Source: Octopus sinensis
Taxonomy: Eukaryota
Direction of reading: 5' to 3'
DNA length: 64,000 nt
NCBI RefSeq assembly: GCF_006345805.1
Contig: NC_043002.1
Span: 111,848,001 to 111,912,000 of the forward strand
The notes under the pieces were generated by a model. That model saw only the letters and a list, made by a program, of their open reading frames with translations. It was not told where the DNA came from and made no database searches. Below are positions 61,341 to 64,000 of the stretch, piece after piece (the stretch's first letter is position 1; every line of letters begins with the position of its first letter). The position numbers and the translations under genes were made by a program.

Positions 61341-62313
61341 GGTCTTGTGAACATTCATTTTAATGATTTTTTTAATGTTTGAACGATAAATAATAGCGCG
61401 GAAATATTGGGTTAAAAATCCTTTGGACAGAAAAAGTCGAAGAGGATTTTTATATTTATACGCTATAGCTTTATCTACTTCCAGTTGAACGATTAAAACG
61501 ATCCGAATTATTTCCCGTTCTCACGAAGTTTCTACATTTTTATGAATGAAATTATTTTGATATTTATTATAATGATTTTATAACGAAATACTTTCTGTTA
61601 AATTTCCACAAGTCCGGCTTGTGTGCTTGTATAAAGCTCTAAGACTTCTTAGGAGTTCCACAGCGGAACACTTCGGCAAGAGTAAACGATTTGACGTTCT
61701 GACAATGACGATCTATGGTGTTGGACACCCCTGTAAATAAATATCATGAAAATTCGAAATAATTTGGTAGCTACTTCTAGCTTCCAAATATACCCTTAAA
61801 TCGTTTTCAAAAAACAAGGGGGAGCACAAAGTATACAATACGGTTATATAGATAAAGTATGATGTTCACAGCTGAAATAACTTTAGTCATATTTGCAGGC
61901 TTAGGGTAAATCTGGCACTAAACAACAAAGCACTGCTTCTTTTAAAAAAAGATAAAAAAACAATCTTTACAAACAAAAGCTATAACTTTCGTTTCATTTT
62001 GTTATCTCCTTTTATCTATTTAAAACTTTCCTTCAATGACAACCAAAATTGAGCATGTTTCCCATCCTTTCTAAATCTTGTAGAATATAAAGAAAACATC
62101 AATTGTGCCAAATAGACCAGATCCACCTCTTAATTAACTCCGTACTACACAAGATCTCTGCATGGCCAAAACATTTCCCAGCCATTTGTCGATAATCTTG
62201 TAGAATTTTCTGGCATGATGCCTTTCCGCTAACAGTCTTCATTTAATCTAGCGTTCTTTATGATGAATATATATATATATACTATCCATGCATGCATACA
62301 TACATACATACAT

Positions 62314-62397
<84 letters not shown>

Positions 62398-62586
62398 TAT
62401 ATATATATATATATATATATACATACATATATATATATATATACATACACATATATATATATAATATATATACTAAGCAATAAGGGTTTAGCAACGAGTT
62501 GCCTTACCACATACCGAATTTAGAAATAGCAGTCAAAGGGTTATAGCTATTTCTTCTTACTAAAAGGAGATCTCAGTAAAAACAGC

Positions 62587-62617
<31 letters not shown>

Positions 62618-62667
62618 ACATACATATACATACATCTATATATATATATACATTAACCCAATATATA

Positions 62668-63928
62668 CAGGGGCTGGACAAATTAATGGAAACACCTTAA
62701 AATTTCAAACAAATTTATTTTAATATGGGGTAGGACCGCTTTTGGCAGTAATTACAGTTTGAATTCTATGGGGCATGGTCTCGTGCAAAGTTTGAATTGT
62801 TTCCAAAGGAATTTTTGTCCATTCTTCAGCTAAAACACTCTCCAGTACTTGTAGCGATGATGGTGGAGGATATTGACTCGTTACTTGTTTTTTCTAAAAT
62901 GCACCATAAATGTTCAATAATATTGAGATCTGGGGACTGTGGTGGCTTGATAACATGTTCAACTTCACGAGAATGCTCCTCGTGGCATTCAGTTATAAGT
63001 TCAGTTGTGTGAATTGGTGCATTATCATCCTGAAACATTGCGTTTCCCTCCAGAAACAGTTCCGCAGCCATAGGACGAATTTGATGAGATAAAATGCTTA
63101 AATAGTCTTGACTATTAATCCTCCATGAAAGGAAACCATTGAGCCGGTGGATTTCCAAGACATAGCCCCACCGCCCCAGATCATCACAGATCCTCCTCCA
63201 TGTTTAACAGTTGGAAGAAGGTAGCTGGGTCAAATACTTCTTTTGGCTGTCTCCACACGTATACTCGGCCGGTGGTGGGAAATAAGGTAAAGGATGACTC
63301 GTTCGAGAAAATGACATTCTTCCACCGCTCCAGGGACAAATTTTGTAGGTTTTTACTCCACTCGAAACGCTTTGCAACGTTTGTTTTTGAAAGTGGTAGT
63401 TTTCTGATTGCAGCCCTCCCGTGAAATCAGACTTTGGGCAGCTCCCGGCAACCAGTTTTTGTGGAAACTGGGTTCTCGAGGTGGTCATTTTGGGAGCTGT
63501 ACTTTTGTGATACTTTCTGATAATTCGCGTAAGAGTTCGACGATCCCTATCTGAAAGTTTTGGTTTTCTTCCGGAGTTTTGTTTCGACAAGGAGATTTTT
63601 TCCTCTTTCTCAAAGGCTGTCAATACTTTCAAGACAGCACTTCATACACCAAACATTTCGTCTGCTTTCGTTACGCTAGCGCCTGCTATACGAGCACCAA
63701 CAATTTGACCTCTTTGAAAGTCCGATAGATCTGTCATTTTAATGAATTTTAATTAACTTTTTTCTGATAATAACTGAAAATAAAACATCAATTTTAGCAA
63801 AACATATTAAGCAACACTAATAATAAATCAAAAAACATAAAAATAAACAAGCTTTTGACGGTTTTATAGTTATATCAAAAATATGATGCTATGATGCTAG
63901 GTGTTTCCATTATTTTGTCCATCCCCTG
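62668..63928 (-). mobile_element. Full-length Tc1-type transposon with DD36E spacing; transposase 63737-62720 is pseudogenised
   Basis: 30-bp TIRs CAGGGG(C/A)TGGACAAA(T/A)TAATGGAAACACCT; TA TSD; MTDLSDFQRGQIVGAR...FQDDNAPIH...SPDLNIIE...GPTPY*, with a stop and frameshifts. Confidence 0.92.
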
Positions 63929-64000
63929 TATATATATCAGAGGCGACGCCAGGTCATCAGTGTCATTCGGGCTCATTACATATTTCGCATAAGACACATG

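Noticed and set aside
14677-62494. Dozens of ORFs rich in VC, HT, YI, MYVC, poly-I/L/V or poly-N
   Set aside because: They are translations of (TG)n, (TA)n, (TATG)n, (AAT)n and (GGT)n microsatellites.

Overview
Repeat-dominated, AT-rich eukaryotic DNA. The SINE families and the microsatellite load look like an octopus/coleoid cephalopod genome; this is recognition from memory, not a database result. No intact host protein-coding gene can be supported, and most ORF-track entries are microsatellite or SINE read-through. The window holds: (1) four or more tRNA-derived SINE families in many copies, several with clear target-site duplications (TSDs); (2) nine non-autonomous Helitrons (TC...CTAG) plus one 3' fragment, and a decayed autonomous Helitron RepHel; (3) three Tc1/mariner elements (a DD37D maT relic, an internally deleted mariner with TIRs, and a full-length DD36E-spaced Tc1 with TIRs and TA TSD) plus a Tc1 fragment; (4) LINE relics of the L1/Tx1, RTE, CR1 and R4/Dong-like (RLE) clades; (5) Penelope-like element (PLE) material, including a RT-thumb/GIY-YIG relic and hammerhead ribozyme (HHR) motifs. 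The most interesting signals are a tRNA-headed SINE-like element whose tail carries a PLE-type hammerhead (4.3-5.8 kb), a 200-bp inverted repeat with an intact hammerhead in each arm (43.3-43.8 kb), an (AAT)n-targeting repeat family, and a 215-bp flank copied into a Helitron whose donor lies 25 kb away. Element boundaries are read by eye and are approximate unless TSDs or TIRs are quoted.
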